Of a DNA stretch of 47,630 nucleotides, positions 8,338 through 17,091 are shown one piece after another (position 1 is the stretch's first letter; each line of letters begins with the position of its first letter). The position numbers and the translations under genes are program-made. The notes under the pieces were generated by a model. It was not told where the DNA came from. It made no database searches and saw only the letters and a program-made list of their open reading frames with translations. Source of the DNA: an archaeon BMS3Bbin15 (GTDB taxonomy: Archaea > Hydrothermarchaeota > Hydrothermarchaeia > Hydrothermarchaeales > BMS3B); the NCBI GenBank assembly GCA_002897955.1, contig BDTY01000099.1:1-47630 (forward strand), in the 5' to 3' direction.

Positions 8338-9026
8338 AAATTATGGGTAACTTCACTTTAAAAATAGATGAAGAACTATGTCAGGGGTGTGGCAACTGTA
8401 TTGTTGTATGCCCTGTAAGCGCTTTCAGTGATAATAATGTAGCTGGTGGGTCCGGCTCAGATGAGCAGAGAAATTTTGGAGTTATCACCGGTGCAGTAAA
8501 AATATATGACCCTGAGTTCTGCACAGGTTGCGGAACATGTGTCAATGCCTGCGGCTACGGTGCAATAAAAATTGAAGTACAGGGGCAACAGAAGCTTGAA
8601 GTAAAGCTTTCTGCCGATAATCTGTGGATGACAGGAGAAAAAGCCATTGTTTATGATATAATAAAGAAGGAAGGTCCTCTATCCATAGAACAGATTATAG
8701 AAAAACTTGAAATTCCAAATAGACTTGCATTAAATTTAATATTCACACTTAAGAATGAAAATAAGATATTTGAAGCAGGTAAAATTGAAGAAGACCACAG
8801 AGTTGGATATATTTACACAAGTGAGCCTCCCATGACAGAGGAGAAAGAGAAGGAAGTTGAAGAAGTGGCAGAGATAACAGTTGACCCTGAAAAGGCAGAA
8901 AAGCTCAGAAAAACCCTTGAGAGTATGATTGACAGGTTCAACACTGTAAAGATAAGGTTCATGCTTGAGGCAGGAAAACTGGACAGAGTAAAAGAAGAGC
9001 TTGTTGCCAAACTTGAGGAGAGGTAA
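8334..9026 (+). CDS. fwdG: FwdG-like 2x[4Fe-4S] ferredoxin with a ~145-aa C-terminal wHTH-like, coiled-coil extension
   Basis: The N-terminal ~85 aa carry CQGCGNCIVVCP and CTGCGTCVNAC. The remainder (GEKAIVYDIIKKEGPLSIEQIIEKLEIPNRLALNLIFTLKNENKIFE...) looks like a winged helix followed by an E/K-rich helix. GTG 8334 overlaps the fwdF stop; an alternative ATG lies at 8343. Confidence 0.6.
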   Translation: MKIMGNFTLKIDEELCQGCGNCIVVCPVSAFSDNNVAGGSGSDEQRNFGVITGAVKIYDPEFCTGCGTCVNACGYGAIKIEVQGQQKLEVKLSADNLWMTGEKAIVYDIIKKEGPLSIEQIIEKLEIPNRLALNLIFTLKNENKIFEAGKIEEDHRVGYIYTSEPPMTEEKEKEVEEVAEITVDPEKAEKLRKTLESMIDRFNTVKIRFMLEAGKLDRVKEELVAKLEER

Positions 9027-9030
9027 AAAT

Positions 9031-9438
9031 ATGCTGGAATTTACTCTCATAACCGGAAGGACTGTGACACAGGGTGAAGCCATGGAAAAAGGAAAAAATC
9101 TTGAGAATTTCTCCAGAGCCTGTGCTTCTGTGGAGTTAGACCCTAATGATATGGTGAAAATAGGGGTCAGGGAGGGCGATACAGTTAAAGTTGAAACCCC
9201 AGCAGGGAGTGTTGCTGTAAAGGCAGTAAAATCAAAGGATGCACCTCATGAGGGAATAGCATTTATGCCACTGGGACCCTGGGCAAATACTCTTATAGGC
9301 TCAGGTACAGACGGCACCGGCATGCCTCCCTTTAAAGGAATAAAAGCAAAGGTTGTGCCTGCTCCTGATGACAATGTGCTTGGTACTGAAGAACTTGTTG
9401 AAACTCTCTATTCAAAATTTCTTGAAGATAAAGGGTGA
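9031..9438 (+). CDS. fwdD: Formylmethanofuran dehydrogenase subunit D
   Basis: ATG 9031 follows GGAGAGG. MLEFTLITGRTVTQGEAMEKGK...GDTVKVETPAGSVAVKA matches the molybdopterin-dinucleotide-binding barrel typical of FwdD. It is embedded between fwdG and fwdB. Confidence 0.8.
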   Translation: MLEFTLITGRTVTQGEAMEKGKNLENFSRACASVELDPNDMVKIGVREGDTVKVETPAGSVAVKAVKSKDAPHEGIAFMPLGPWANTLIGSGTDGTGMPPFKGIKAKVVPAPDDNVLGTEELVETLYSKFLEDKG

Positions 9439-10742
9439 GAATTATGATTCACAATGATATTGTGTGCACCTTCTGTGGAACCCTCTGCGATGACATACAG
9501 GTGGAGACAGAAGGTGATGTAATTGAAGAGATAAGGCATGCCTGTAGAATAGGTACAGCCAAATTCCTGAGTGCCAACGATATGGAACACAGGCTTCTAA
9601 AGCCCATGGTGAGAAAAAATGGAAAACTGGTTGAAGTTACACTTGAAGAGGCTATAGATAGAGCTGCTGAAATTCTAAGGAAAGCAACCAAACCACTGTT
9701 ATATGGCTGGAGTTCTACAAGCTGTGAGGCTGATAAGGTTGGAGTAGAGATAGCAGAAAATCTCGGAGCACTTATAGACAGCACCTCAACTGTATGCCAT
9801 GGCCCCAGTGTTCTTGCAGTTCACGATGTAGGGATGTCAACCTGCACACTTGGTGAGGTTAAAAACAGAGCAGACCTTGTCATATACTGGGGCTCAAATC
9901 CCATGCATGGACATCCAAGGCATCTCTCAAGGTATTCCATATTTCCAAGAGGTTACTTCAGAGAAAGGGGTCAGCAGGACAGAAAACTTGTTGTAATTGA
10001 TGTAAGAAAAACTGATACTGCAAAGCTCGCTAATCTTTTCATTCCTATGGATTATGGCAAAGATTATGAGGTCCTTTCTGCTCTCAGAAAAGTGGTTAAT
10101 GGCGGAGAGCTGAAGATTGATAGTATCGGAGGAGTTTCGAGGCAGAAGATTGAAGAACTTGCAGATATTATGAAGAAAGCCCAGTTTGGAGTTATATTCT
10201 TTGGTATGGGGCTCACCCAGAGCTTCGGAAAGCACAGAAATGTTGACAATGCTATTTCCCTTGTTAGAGACCTGAATGCTCACACCAAATTTGTTATAAT
10301 GCCCATGAGGGGACACTATAACGTGGTTGGTTTCACTGAAGTTCTATCCTGGCAGGCAGGTTTTCCCTTTGCAGTAGATTTCTCAAGAGGTTATGCAAGA
10401 TACAATCCTGGCGAAACTACTGCCAATGATGTGCTCCAGCGTGGAGAGCTGGATGCTGCCCTTATAATTGCTTCAGACCCTGTTTCCAACTTTCCAAAGA
10501 AGAGTGTTGAAAATCTTGTAAAGATACCCTATATCGCTATAGATATACACCCTACCCCGACCACTGCTATGGCTGATGTTGTTATACCAACTGCCATAGC
10601 TGGAATAGAGGTTGAAGGCACTGCCTATAGAATGGATGCAATTCCTATCAGACTGAGAAAGGTCAAGGAACCTCCAGAAGGTATACTTGATGATGTTGAA
10701 ATCCTTGAAAGGCTCAGGGATAGGCTTCTGGAGAGTGAGTGA
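9435..10742 (+). CDS. fwdB: Formylmethanofuran dehydrogenase subunit B (Cys type)
   Basis: N-terminal CTFCGTLCDDI cluster in a ~430-aa molybdopterin-oxidoreductase-like protein. The STVCHGPS region is encoded with Cys and there is no in-frame TGA. Start is GTG 9435 or ATG 9444. Confidence 0.85.
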   Translation: MRIMIHNDIVCTFCGTLCDDIQVETEGDVIEEIRHACRIGTAKFLSANDMEHRLLKPMVRKNGKLVEVTLEEAIDRAAEILRKATKPLLYGWSSTSCEADKVGVEIAENLGALIDSTSTVCHGPSVLAVHDVGMSTCTLGEVKNRADLVIYWGSNPMHGHPRHLSRYSIFPRGYFRERGQQDRKLVVIDVRKTDTAKLANLFIPMDYGKDYEVLSALRKVVNGGELKIDSIGGVSRQKIEELADIMKKAQFGVIFFGMGLTQSFGKHRNVDNAISLVRDLNAHTKFVIMPMRGHYNVVGFTEVLSWQAGFPFAVDFSRGYARYNPGETTANDVLQRGELDAALIIASDPVSNFPKKSVENLVKIPYIAIDIHPTPTTAMADVVIPTAIAGIEVEGTAYRMDAIPIRLRKVKEPPEGILDDVEILERLRDRLLESE

Positions 10743-10743
10743 A

Positions 10744-12447
10744 ATGGAGCTTGTGCTTAAAAACGGTTTTGTTTATGACCCTGCAAATAATATAAATGGT
10801 GAAAAGAAAGATATTTTTATAAAGAATGGTAAGATTGTCGAAAGTGTAAATAGAAATGCAAAGAAAATTGACTGCTCAGGCAAAATTGTCATGCCAGGTG
10901 GTGTTGAGATTCACAGTCATATTGCCGGTGGCAAGGTTAATTCTGGAAGAATTCTCAGACCTGAGGACCACTTCAAACATGTACAGGTAAAGACAGAACT
11001 CAGAAGAGGCTGCACAGGTTATTCCACACCCACAACCTTTACAGCAGGTTATCTTTACTCCCAGCTCGGCTATACCACAGCTTTCACAGGAGCAATTCCT
11101 CCTCTTACGGCAAGACATACGCACGAGGAACTTCATGATATACCCATGCTGGATAAGTCTGGACTTGTACTCATGGGCAACAACTGGTTTCTGCTGAAAT
11201 ATCTCAGAGATAAGGATTATGAGAGAGCAGCAGTGTATGCTGCCTGGCTTCTGAAGGCTACCAGAGGCTATGCCATAAAAATTGTTAATCCTGGCGGTGG
11301 AGAGGCCTGGGGCTGGGGTAAAAATGTGAGAGGCCTTGATGACCCTGTACCCCATTTCGACATAACACCCGGAGAGATTATCTCAGGTCTTATGAAGGTG
11401 AATGAGCTTCTCAATCTTCCCCACTCAATTCATGTCCATTTCAATAATCTTGGAAGAGCGGGCAACTATAAAACAACTATTGACTCTCTTGAACTTACCA
11501 GAGGCAAAAAAAGTTCCCGTGACAGGCAGGTTATGCAGGCTACCCATCTCCAGTTTCATAGTTATGGTGGTGACTCCTGGAAAACCTTCGAGAGCAGGAG
11601 CGATGAAATTGCAAAAGATGTAAACGGACGTGATAATATTGTTATGGACACAGGCAATTTAATATTTGGTGACACAACAACAATGACGGCCGATGCTCCA
11701 ATGGAATACTATCTGGCCTCTCTTACAAAGTATAAGTGGATGAACAGAGATATTGAACTTGAAACCTCGCCAGGTGTCACCCCTATGTTCTACTCAAAGA
11801 AAAGTCCGATTTCTACAGTACAGTGGGCTGTTGGTCTGGAACTTGCTCTCCTGATAGATGACCCCTGGAAGGTTATGATAACAACAGACCATCCAAACGG
11901 CGGCCCCTTTATAAACTATCCGACAATATTTGCCTGGCTTATGAGTAATAAATATAGAGAGGAAACCATGGCAGGTCTAAACAGTGCTGTTGAGAAGAAA
12001 GCAATTTTAGCAACTATTGACAGAGAGCTGGACTTCAATGAAATAGCAATAGGAACGAGAGCAGCTCAGGCAAAAAGTCTGGGACTGCAGGAAACCAAAG
12101 GCCATCTCGGTGCTAGTGCTGATGCTGATATAGCAGTCTATGATATTAATCCAGAGGTTATTGACCCCTCGAGAGATTATAAGGCTATTGAGAAGAGTTT
12201 CAGAATGGCAGCTTACACAATAAAAGATGGTAAAATTCTTGTCAGAGATGGAGAGATAGTCAATATTGTGGATGGAAAAACCTTATATGTTAATGCAGAG
12301 GTTGGAGAGGAGCTTAAAAAGGATGTGATGAAGGATATTGAATACAATTTCAAGCGCTTCTACTCGGTAAATCTCAACAACTATCCTGTGCAGGAACTCT
12401 ATCTAACCAATCCAACAGCTATTAATATTGAAACGAAATTAGAGTGA
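10744..12447 (+). CDS. fwdA: Formylmethanofuran dehydrogenase subunit A (amidohydrolase-like)
   Basis: ATG 10744 lies directly after the fwdB stop. MELVLKNGFVYDP...GKIVMPGGVEIHSHIAGG and TTDHPNGGPF motifs are present. The ORF-track start at 10687 overlaps fwdB and is probably spurious. Confidence 0.85.
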   Translation: MELVLKNGFVYDPANNINGEKKDIFIKNGKIVESVNRNAKKIDCSGKIVMPGGVEIHSHIAGGKVNSGRILRPEDHFKHVQVKTELRRGCTGYSTPTTFTAGYLYSQLGYTTAFTGAIPPLTARHTHEELHDIPMLDKSGLVLMGNNWFLLKYLRDKDYERAAVYAAWLLKATRGYAIKIVNPGGGEAWGWGKNVRGLDDPVPHFDITPGEIISGLMKVNELLNLPHSIHVHFNNLGRAGNYKTTIDSLELTRGKKSSRDRQVMQATHLQFHSYGGDSWKTFESRSDEIAKDVNGRDNIVMDTGNLIFGDTTTMTADAPMEYYLASLTKYKWMNRDIELETSPGVTPMFYSKKSPISTVQWAVGLELALLIDDPWKVMITTDHPNGGPFINYPTIFAWLMSNKYREETMAGLNSAVEKKAILATIDRELDFNEIAIGTRAAQAKSLGLQETKGHLGASADADIAVYDINPEVIDPSRDYKAIEKSFRMAAYTIKDGKILVRDGEIVNIVDGKTLYVNAEVGEELKKDVMKDIEYNFKRFYSVNLNNYPVQELYLTNPTAINIETKLE

Positions 12448-13241
12448 TGGCAATGAAAGATATACTACTTAAACCCCTGGACCAGCCGGTTTACACTCTT
12501 GAAGCTGAGGCTGTAACACCTGATAACTTTGCTGGTAAGAGCATTGAAGAGATTCTGGAACTTGAAGTTTATTATGGTAACAGGGTTGGAAAGCTTAGAG
12601 ATTTCTTTGATTTATCAGGAGAGGCCCCAGACAATCCTGAAGAGCTGAGAATAGTTATTGACGGTGATATTCCGGGAGTAAAAAGGATAGGGCAGAAAAT
12701 GAATGCAGGTGAGATACTTGTAAAAGGTAGTGCCGGCATGTATGTTGGAGCGCTGATGGAAGGTGGCAAAATTACAGTGGAAGGTAATGTTGACTCTTTC
12801 TCCGGCATGATGATGAGAGGCGGTGAGATTTATATCAAAGGGGATGCTGGAGAATATCTTGGTTGCACATACCGTGGCGATAGACTCGGAATGAGAGGCG
12901 GTATTATAATTGTGGAAGGTAATTCTGGAATTGAGACAGGTCAGTTTCTCAATGGCGGAAAGATAATAGTCAAAGGAAATACTGGAGCTTTTACAGGAGT
13001 GCACATGAAGAAAGGCATAATTGTGGTGGACGGCAAAGCTGGAGTAAGAACAGGAGGTCAGATGGTTGGCGGGGCTATTGTTGTTAAAGGTAGGATTGAA
13101 AGCCTTCTGCCAGGTTTTGACCTTGATAAAAGGGTTGAGAATCCTTTTGTAGAAAACGAGCCTTTTGACGGAAGTTTTGATAAATATTCAGGAGACAATG
13201 CAGAGAAAGGAGCCAAAGGCTCACTATATGTGAAAATTTAG
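12447..13241 (+). CDS. fwdC: Formylmethanofuran dehydrogenase subunit C
   Basis: Gly-rich beta-helix repeats (GEILVKGSAGMYVGALMEGGKITVEGN..., GGIIIVEGNSG, GGKIIVKGNTGAF, GGAIVVKG). The ATG overlaps the fwdA stop. Confidence 0.85.
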   Translation: MAMKDILLKPLDQPVYTLEAEAVTPDNFAGKSIEEILELEVYYGNRVGKLRDFFDLSGEAPDNPEELRIVIDGDIPGVKRIGQKMNAGEILVKGSAGMYVGALMEGGKITVEGNVDSFSGMMMRGGEIYIKGDAGEYLGCTYRGDRLGMRGGIIIVEGNSGIETGQFLNGGKIIVKGNTGAFTGVHMKKGIIVVDGKAGVRTGGQMVGGAIVVKGRIESLLPGFDLDKRVENPFVENEPFDGSFDKYSGDNAEKGAKGSLYVKI

Positions 13242-13570
13242 TTTTTTTGAGAAATCCCTGCTAAAATTAAGATAATGAGGACAGGTAAATAAAAAATCCC
13301 AACACTGAAGATAGAAATCGCCGTTCCTAAGGCAAACAAAAATATTAAACTCCAGAATATTATCTTATTGTAGGTATTTTTCTCTGTTATTATACCAATA
13401 GAATAAACCGCAATTAACAACGATATAATCCCCATATACAAACAGAAAAACAAACAGAAAATAGAAAAATAAAAACCTGTGGGTATTTGATTATAGAAAA
13501 TAACTGAAAGTATCAGTGATAAAATTGATACAATTCCTGATGTTACGAGAGATTTATTTTTCATGCACAC
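13238..13570 (-). CDS. Small hydrophobic membrane protein, about 4 TM segments, unknown function
   Basis: 110-aa ORF that is almost entirely hydrophobic. It is convergent with fwdC with a 4-nt overlap. No recognisable motif. Confidence 0.4.
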   Translation of the reverse strand: MCMKNKSLVTSGIVSILSLILSVIFYNQIPTGFYFSIFCLFFCLYMGIISLLIAVYSIGIITEKNTYNKIIFWSLIFLFALGTAISIFSVGIFYLPVLIILILAGISQKN

Positions 13571-13742
13571 CCACCAATTTTAGAGAGATATCAGAGGTCT
13601 TGAAAAAAGTACAGTTATAAAGCATGTCAGAACACTTGTTGATTCAGGGCTACTGGAAATTAAAAATAATGGTAGATTTAAGAGATATTTTATCAAAGAA
13701 AATGTTATAGATTCTATCGTTATGTTTGGATTTAATAGGTAA
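13540..13742 (+). pseudogene. Small wHTH regulator split by a frameshift at an A6 run
   Basis: Frame 1 (ATG 13540; alternative GTG 13516) gives MLREIYFSCTPTNFREISEVLKK and then stops. The adjacent frame (13584-13742) continues with LEKSTVIKHVRTLVDSGLLEIKNNGRFKRYFIKE..., a recognition helix plus wing. The switch point is the run cttgAAAAAAgt at 13603-13608. Confidence 0.4.
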
Positions 13743-13798
13743 TTGACATATTTTCTACATTATTCGAATTTTTCTTTTTTATTAAGTCATTAATAAAA

Positions 13799-14401
13799 TT
13801 ACAGGTCATCAACGCTCTCCCACAGGCTCAGCTTCTGTTTCAGTAACTTAACCTTCTCTTCAAGCTTTTTATTCTCCTTCTTCAGCTGTTCTATAAGTCT
13901 GTCTCTATCGGCAGTGTACTTCGAAAGAGCTTCTTTAGTCTTGGTTTTAAATTCTTTCAGCTTCTCATCCCTTTCCTTCCTGTAAATATCGAGCTCTGCC
14001 TTCAGTTTGTCGATTTCACTATTCAGCATAGCAAATTTTTCTCTATACATTTCAACTGTTTCATCAAGAGCACTCACCTTTCTAAGTTCCTCCTCAACTC
14101 CAGCCTCCCTTTTCTTCAATTCAATCTCTTTTTGATCCAGTTCACCCTCCCTTTCAAGAGATTCCCTCTCAAGTTCATTTAGCCTCTCCTTTATTCTTTT
14201 ATTCTCTCTCTCAAGGTCTTCCTTTCTTGAGAAAATCTCAGCCTTCTCATTATCAATACCACCAATAGTTTTTTTGAATTTTTCTGCCATTTTTCTATAT
14301 TTTTTTACGTAGAGGCTTAAAATCAGAGAAATCAATACAAAGAAAGCTATTACTGCAATCTGGATTTCACCAAACCTTGCCCCTGCTATATTTAAATCCA
14401 T
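13799..14401 (-). CDS. N-terminally membrane-anchored coiled-coil protein (200 aa)
   Basis: One N-terminal TM segment (IQIAVIAFFVLISLILSLYV) followed by E/K/R/L-rich heptad-like sequence. The C-terminus KKENKKLEEKVKLLKQK resembles that of the upstream paralog. Confidence 0.6.
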   Translation of the reverse strand: MDLNIAGARFGEIQIAVIAFFVLISLILSLYVKKYRKMAEKFKKTIGGIDNEKAEIFSRKEDLERENKRIKERLNELERESLEREGELDQKEIELKKREAGVEEELRKVSALDETVEMYREKFAMLNSEIDKLKAELDIYRKERDEKLKEFKTKTKEALSKYTADRDRLIEQLKKENKKLEEKVKLLKQKLSLWESVDDL

Positions 14402-14409
14402 TCCATCAC

Positions 14410-15351
14410 CTAAAGATTATCTATCTCCATTAGCCTTATTTTTTCTCTGAGCTGTTTGTTTTCCTTCTTAATAATATCCATTTCAGCTTTGATATCTGCT
14501 ATCTCTTTTTCTTTTTCCTTTGTAATAGTCTCTATAGCATCCTTTGTTCTGAGTTTTATTTCCTCTATTCTTGTATTAAGAGATTTGTCAAGTTCTTCCT
14601 TCTCTCTTTCTACTCTGTTTAACTCAAGCTCCTTCTCCCTCTCAAGTCTCTCCTTAAGTTTTTCAATATCCTGCTCCCTCTCAATGCTTATCTCCTCAAT
14701 CCTGCCTTCAAGCGAGTTTATCTTCGTTTCATAATCGCTACGCCTTCTCTCTATTTCCTTCTGAGCATCTAGAAGCTTCATATCATATTTTTTCTCAAGA
14801 TTCAGAAGTTTTTCCTCATACTCTTTCCTTATTAAATCTTTATCTCTGGCAAAGCTCAACTTAAACTCTTCAACTTCCTTCTCTTTCTCAAGAATTTTAT
14901 GTTCCGCCTGTTTTTCAATTATTTCCTTCTCCCTTTTAAGTTTCTCTTCCTGCACTTCTATTCCATCCTTGAATTCACCCATTTTTTTTCTGAGAAACTC
15001 TATCTCCTCCCTGAGAGCGACTACCTTCTCCAATTCTTTTCTGCTTTCTTCAACTTCTTTTCTGGACTCTTCCTCCCTTCTTTTAATCTGCTCCATCTCC
15101 AGTTCCAGCTTCTCCCTGACCTCCATATTTTTCTTCTCAAGAGTTTCTTTCTCTGACTGAAGCGCCTCTACCTGCCTCAAAAGTCTGGTTTTTTCTTTAT
15201 CTTCCATCTGTAAAATTTTCCTGTCCGGCTTATTTCTTCCCCTTCTAATTAAAAACAGGAGGATAATAAGAAACACTGCTACTGCCGCCACAGCATAAAC
15301 CATATTTTCGGTAAAAAAGTTACCAGGGTTGTAGGGCAGATTTAAAACCAT
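14410..15351 (-). CDS. N-terminally membrane-anchored coiled-coil protein (313 aa)
   Basis: TM segment (VYAVAAVAVFLIILLFLI) followed by ~270 aa of E/K-rich coiled coil. The C-terminus is KKENKQLREKIRLMEIDNL. The gene sits 8 nt upstream of its shorter paralog. Confidence 0.6.
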   Translation of the reverse strand: MVLNLPYNPGNFFTENMVYAVAAVAVFLIILLFLIRRGRNKPDRKILQMEDKEKTRLLRQVEALQSEKETLEKKNMEVREKLELEMEQIKRREEESRKEVEESRKELEKVVALREEIEFLRKKMGEFKDGIEVQEEKLKREKEIIEKQAEHKILEKEKEVEEFKLSFARDKDLIRKEYEEKLLNLEKKYDMKLLDAQKEIERRRSDYETKINSLEGRIEEISIEREQDIEKLKERLEREKELELNRVEREKEELDKSLNTRIEEIKLRTKDAIETITKEKEKEIADIKAEMDIIKKENKQLREKIRLMEIDNL

Positions 15352-15477
15352 GAGTTAGTGTATTACTTTCCGGGTTAAATAAACCTTACGTTTACCACTC
15401 ATTCGGATATGAAATACCACAAATACCAATACCATCTGGAAAAGCTTTTATAATATGCAATAAAAGATGTTACATAG

Positions 15478-15981
15478 ATGTGGGAAGAAATCAGCCAGGA
15501 ATTTAAAAATTATCCCTACCAGAAGAAGGTTGCTCTTTTTTTATTAAGTAAGGGGTTGAGAGTCAATAAAGAAGCTAAAATATGCCTGGAAAAAATTGAA
15601 ATTCCTCATGCAAAAATAGCCAGAGTACTTCAGATTGACAGAAGAGTTGTGGATGCAACGGCAAAGAGAATAAAGGATAGAGAAAAGCTCTTCAGGATAT
15701 TCTCAAACCTGGATACTATTCCATTTCTTAAGAATGTTGCACTTCATATAGGCCTCAACGTTCTTATTATAACCCCTCAGGATGCTTCGAAGCCCGGAAT
15801 AATGGGTAATGTAACATCAAAACTGGCTGAAGAGGGTATTCCAATACGCCAGGCTATTGCCGATGACCCGTATTTAACTGAAAATCCAAAACTCACTATA
15901 ATTACTGATATTGAGATAAAAGGTGAAGTCCTGAATGAGCTGAAGAGGATAGAAGGTGTCAAGGAATTAACAATATTTTAA
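15478..15981 (+). CDS. HTH plus ACT-domain regulator (COG2150-like, predicted amino-acid metabolism regulator)
   Basis: 167 aa. The N-terminal part has an HTH-like IPHAKIARVLQIDRRVVDAT. The C-terminal part (LNVLIITPQDASKPGIMGNVTSKLAEEGIPIRQAI...) looks like an ACT fold. Confidence 0.6.
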   Translation: MWEEISQEFKNYPYQKKVALFLLSKGLRVNKEAKICLEKIEIPHAKIARVLQIDRRVVDATAKRIKDREKLFRIFSNLDTIPFLKNVALHIGLNVLIITPQDASKPGIMGNVTSKLAEEGIPIRQAIADDPYLTENPKLTIITDIEIKGEVLNELKRIEGVKELTIF

Positions 15982-16505
15982 ATCATCCAGGAAGTTATTT
16001 CCCGGTGAAGCTTTTTCATCCTTTCCACTGCAGGATGTTTTTTTCCAAGCTTTTTCTCAAAAAGTTTTATACTCTCATCAAAGCTGATTCTCTTTGACCC
16101 GACAGTAAGGTTGTCGGCATAGGCAACGATTTTTTCTTCAGGTGTTTCTGGCATATAGTCGCCAGATGGGAGTCCGAGAGCTATGGCTTCATCAGACGTC
16201 AATCCTGCACCAATATGGCATCTGATTATATTCACAACCCTGTCATCCAGTACAAGACTCTCTGCCAGTCTCGCTCCCTCTGACACGTGGGTTATGTCAT
16301 GAGTAATATTCCTTCCAATATCGTGCAGTATTGCTCCGGTAAAAATAAGCTGTTTATCCACAGGGATTTTAACTTTTTCTGCAATTTCAAGAGCAGTATC
16401 AGAAACAGCATTTAAATGTTCAATAACCCCTGAATCAAGTTTCAACTTTTTAAGAATTTTCTCTGGCTCCATTCGATAGTTCCTCTTCAAGTCTTTTAAC
16501 TTCAC
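15978..16505 (-). CDS. HD-domain phosphohydrolase
   Basis: LHDIGR and HV..G motifs (AILHDIGRNITHDITHVSEG, IIRCHIGAG). The likely true start is the internal Met at 16472 (MEPEKILKK), which shortens the overlap with tfe. Confidence 0.75.
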   Translation of the reverse strand: MKLKDLKRNYRMEPEKILKKLKLDSGVIEHLNAVSDTALEIAEKVKIPVDKQLIFTGAILHDIGRNITHDITHVSEGARLAESLVLDDRVVNIIRCHIGAGLTSDEAIALGLPSGDYMPETPEEKIVAYADNLTVGSKRISFDESIKLFEKKLGKKHPAVERMKKLHREITSWMI

Positions 16506-16983
16506 CTTTAAGATTCATTACCATTTCGATATTATCAACACATTCAAGAACCCCGTTACATCTGGGGCATCTGAACTTATAATCAGCAGCTCTGTCAAAT
16601 GGAACCTTGGTGTTGTCTGACCGGCACCTGAAGAAAACATTATTCTGCTCAAATTCCAATCTTTTCTTCATATCTTCAAGTTTTCTTTTCTTCAGCGTCT
16701 TTATTATCTCATTAACCTTATTTAAATGCAAAGTCCAGGTGTAAATATACCAGCCAATCTCTCTATCTTTTGTTCGGTTGTAACTGGCTATTCTATACTC
16801 ATATAATTTATATAGAGCTCTTCTTACTGTATTCAGCCTTAAACCTGTTTCTTCTGAAATCTCTTCATCTGTAGCTTTCTTTTCCATCAGAGCATAGACT
16901 ACATCTATACTCTCCTCATCCAGAATCTCTATCAACAGATTCTTTACCTCTGGATCACTGAGAAGCGATTTTATATTATCCAA
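16450..16983 (-). CDS. tfe: Transcription factor E (TFE alpha, TFIIE-alpha homolog)
   Basis: N-terminal winged helix (TDEEISEETGLRLNTVRRALYKLYEYRIASY...GWYIYTWTL) plus a zinc ribbon (FFRC...FRCPRCNG); 177 aa. Confidence 0.8.
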   Translation of the reverse strand: MDNIKSLLSDPEVKNLLIEILDEESIDVVYALMEKKATDEEISEETGLRLNTVRRALYKLYEYRIASYNRTKDREIGWYIYTWTLHLNKVNEIIKTLKKRKLEDMKKRLEFEQNNVFFRCRSDNTKVPFDRAADYKFRCPRCNGVLECVDNIEMVMNLKGEVKRLEEELSNGARENS

Positions 16984-17091
16984 GCGGTCATCCTCCAGTT
17001 TAAATTATGAACTTAAGAGAATATAAATTTTTGTTAACTATAATATCTTACAAGGTTAACCAGAATAACTCTATTCTGACCAGGTGATTCA

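Noticed and set aside
9435-10742. Possible selenocysteine (in-frame TGA) in FwdB, as in some tungsten or molybdenum enzymes.
   Set aside because: The ORF is uninterrupted and the active-site region reads STVCHGPS with a Cys codon. This is not a Sec-containing variant.
14410-15351. Highly repetitive, purine/pyrimidine-skewed nucleotide sequence that could suggest a repeat array or CRISPR.
   Set aside because: There is no constant-length repeat/spacer periodicity. The repetitiveness comes from E/K/L-rich coiled-coil coding sequence, and one long ORF is intact.
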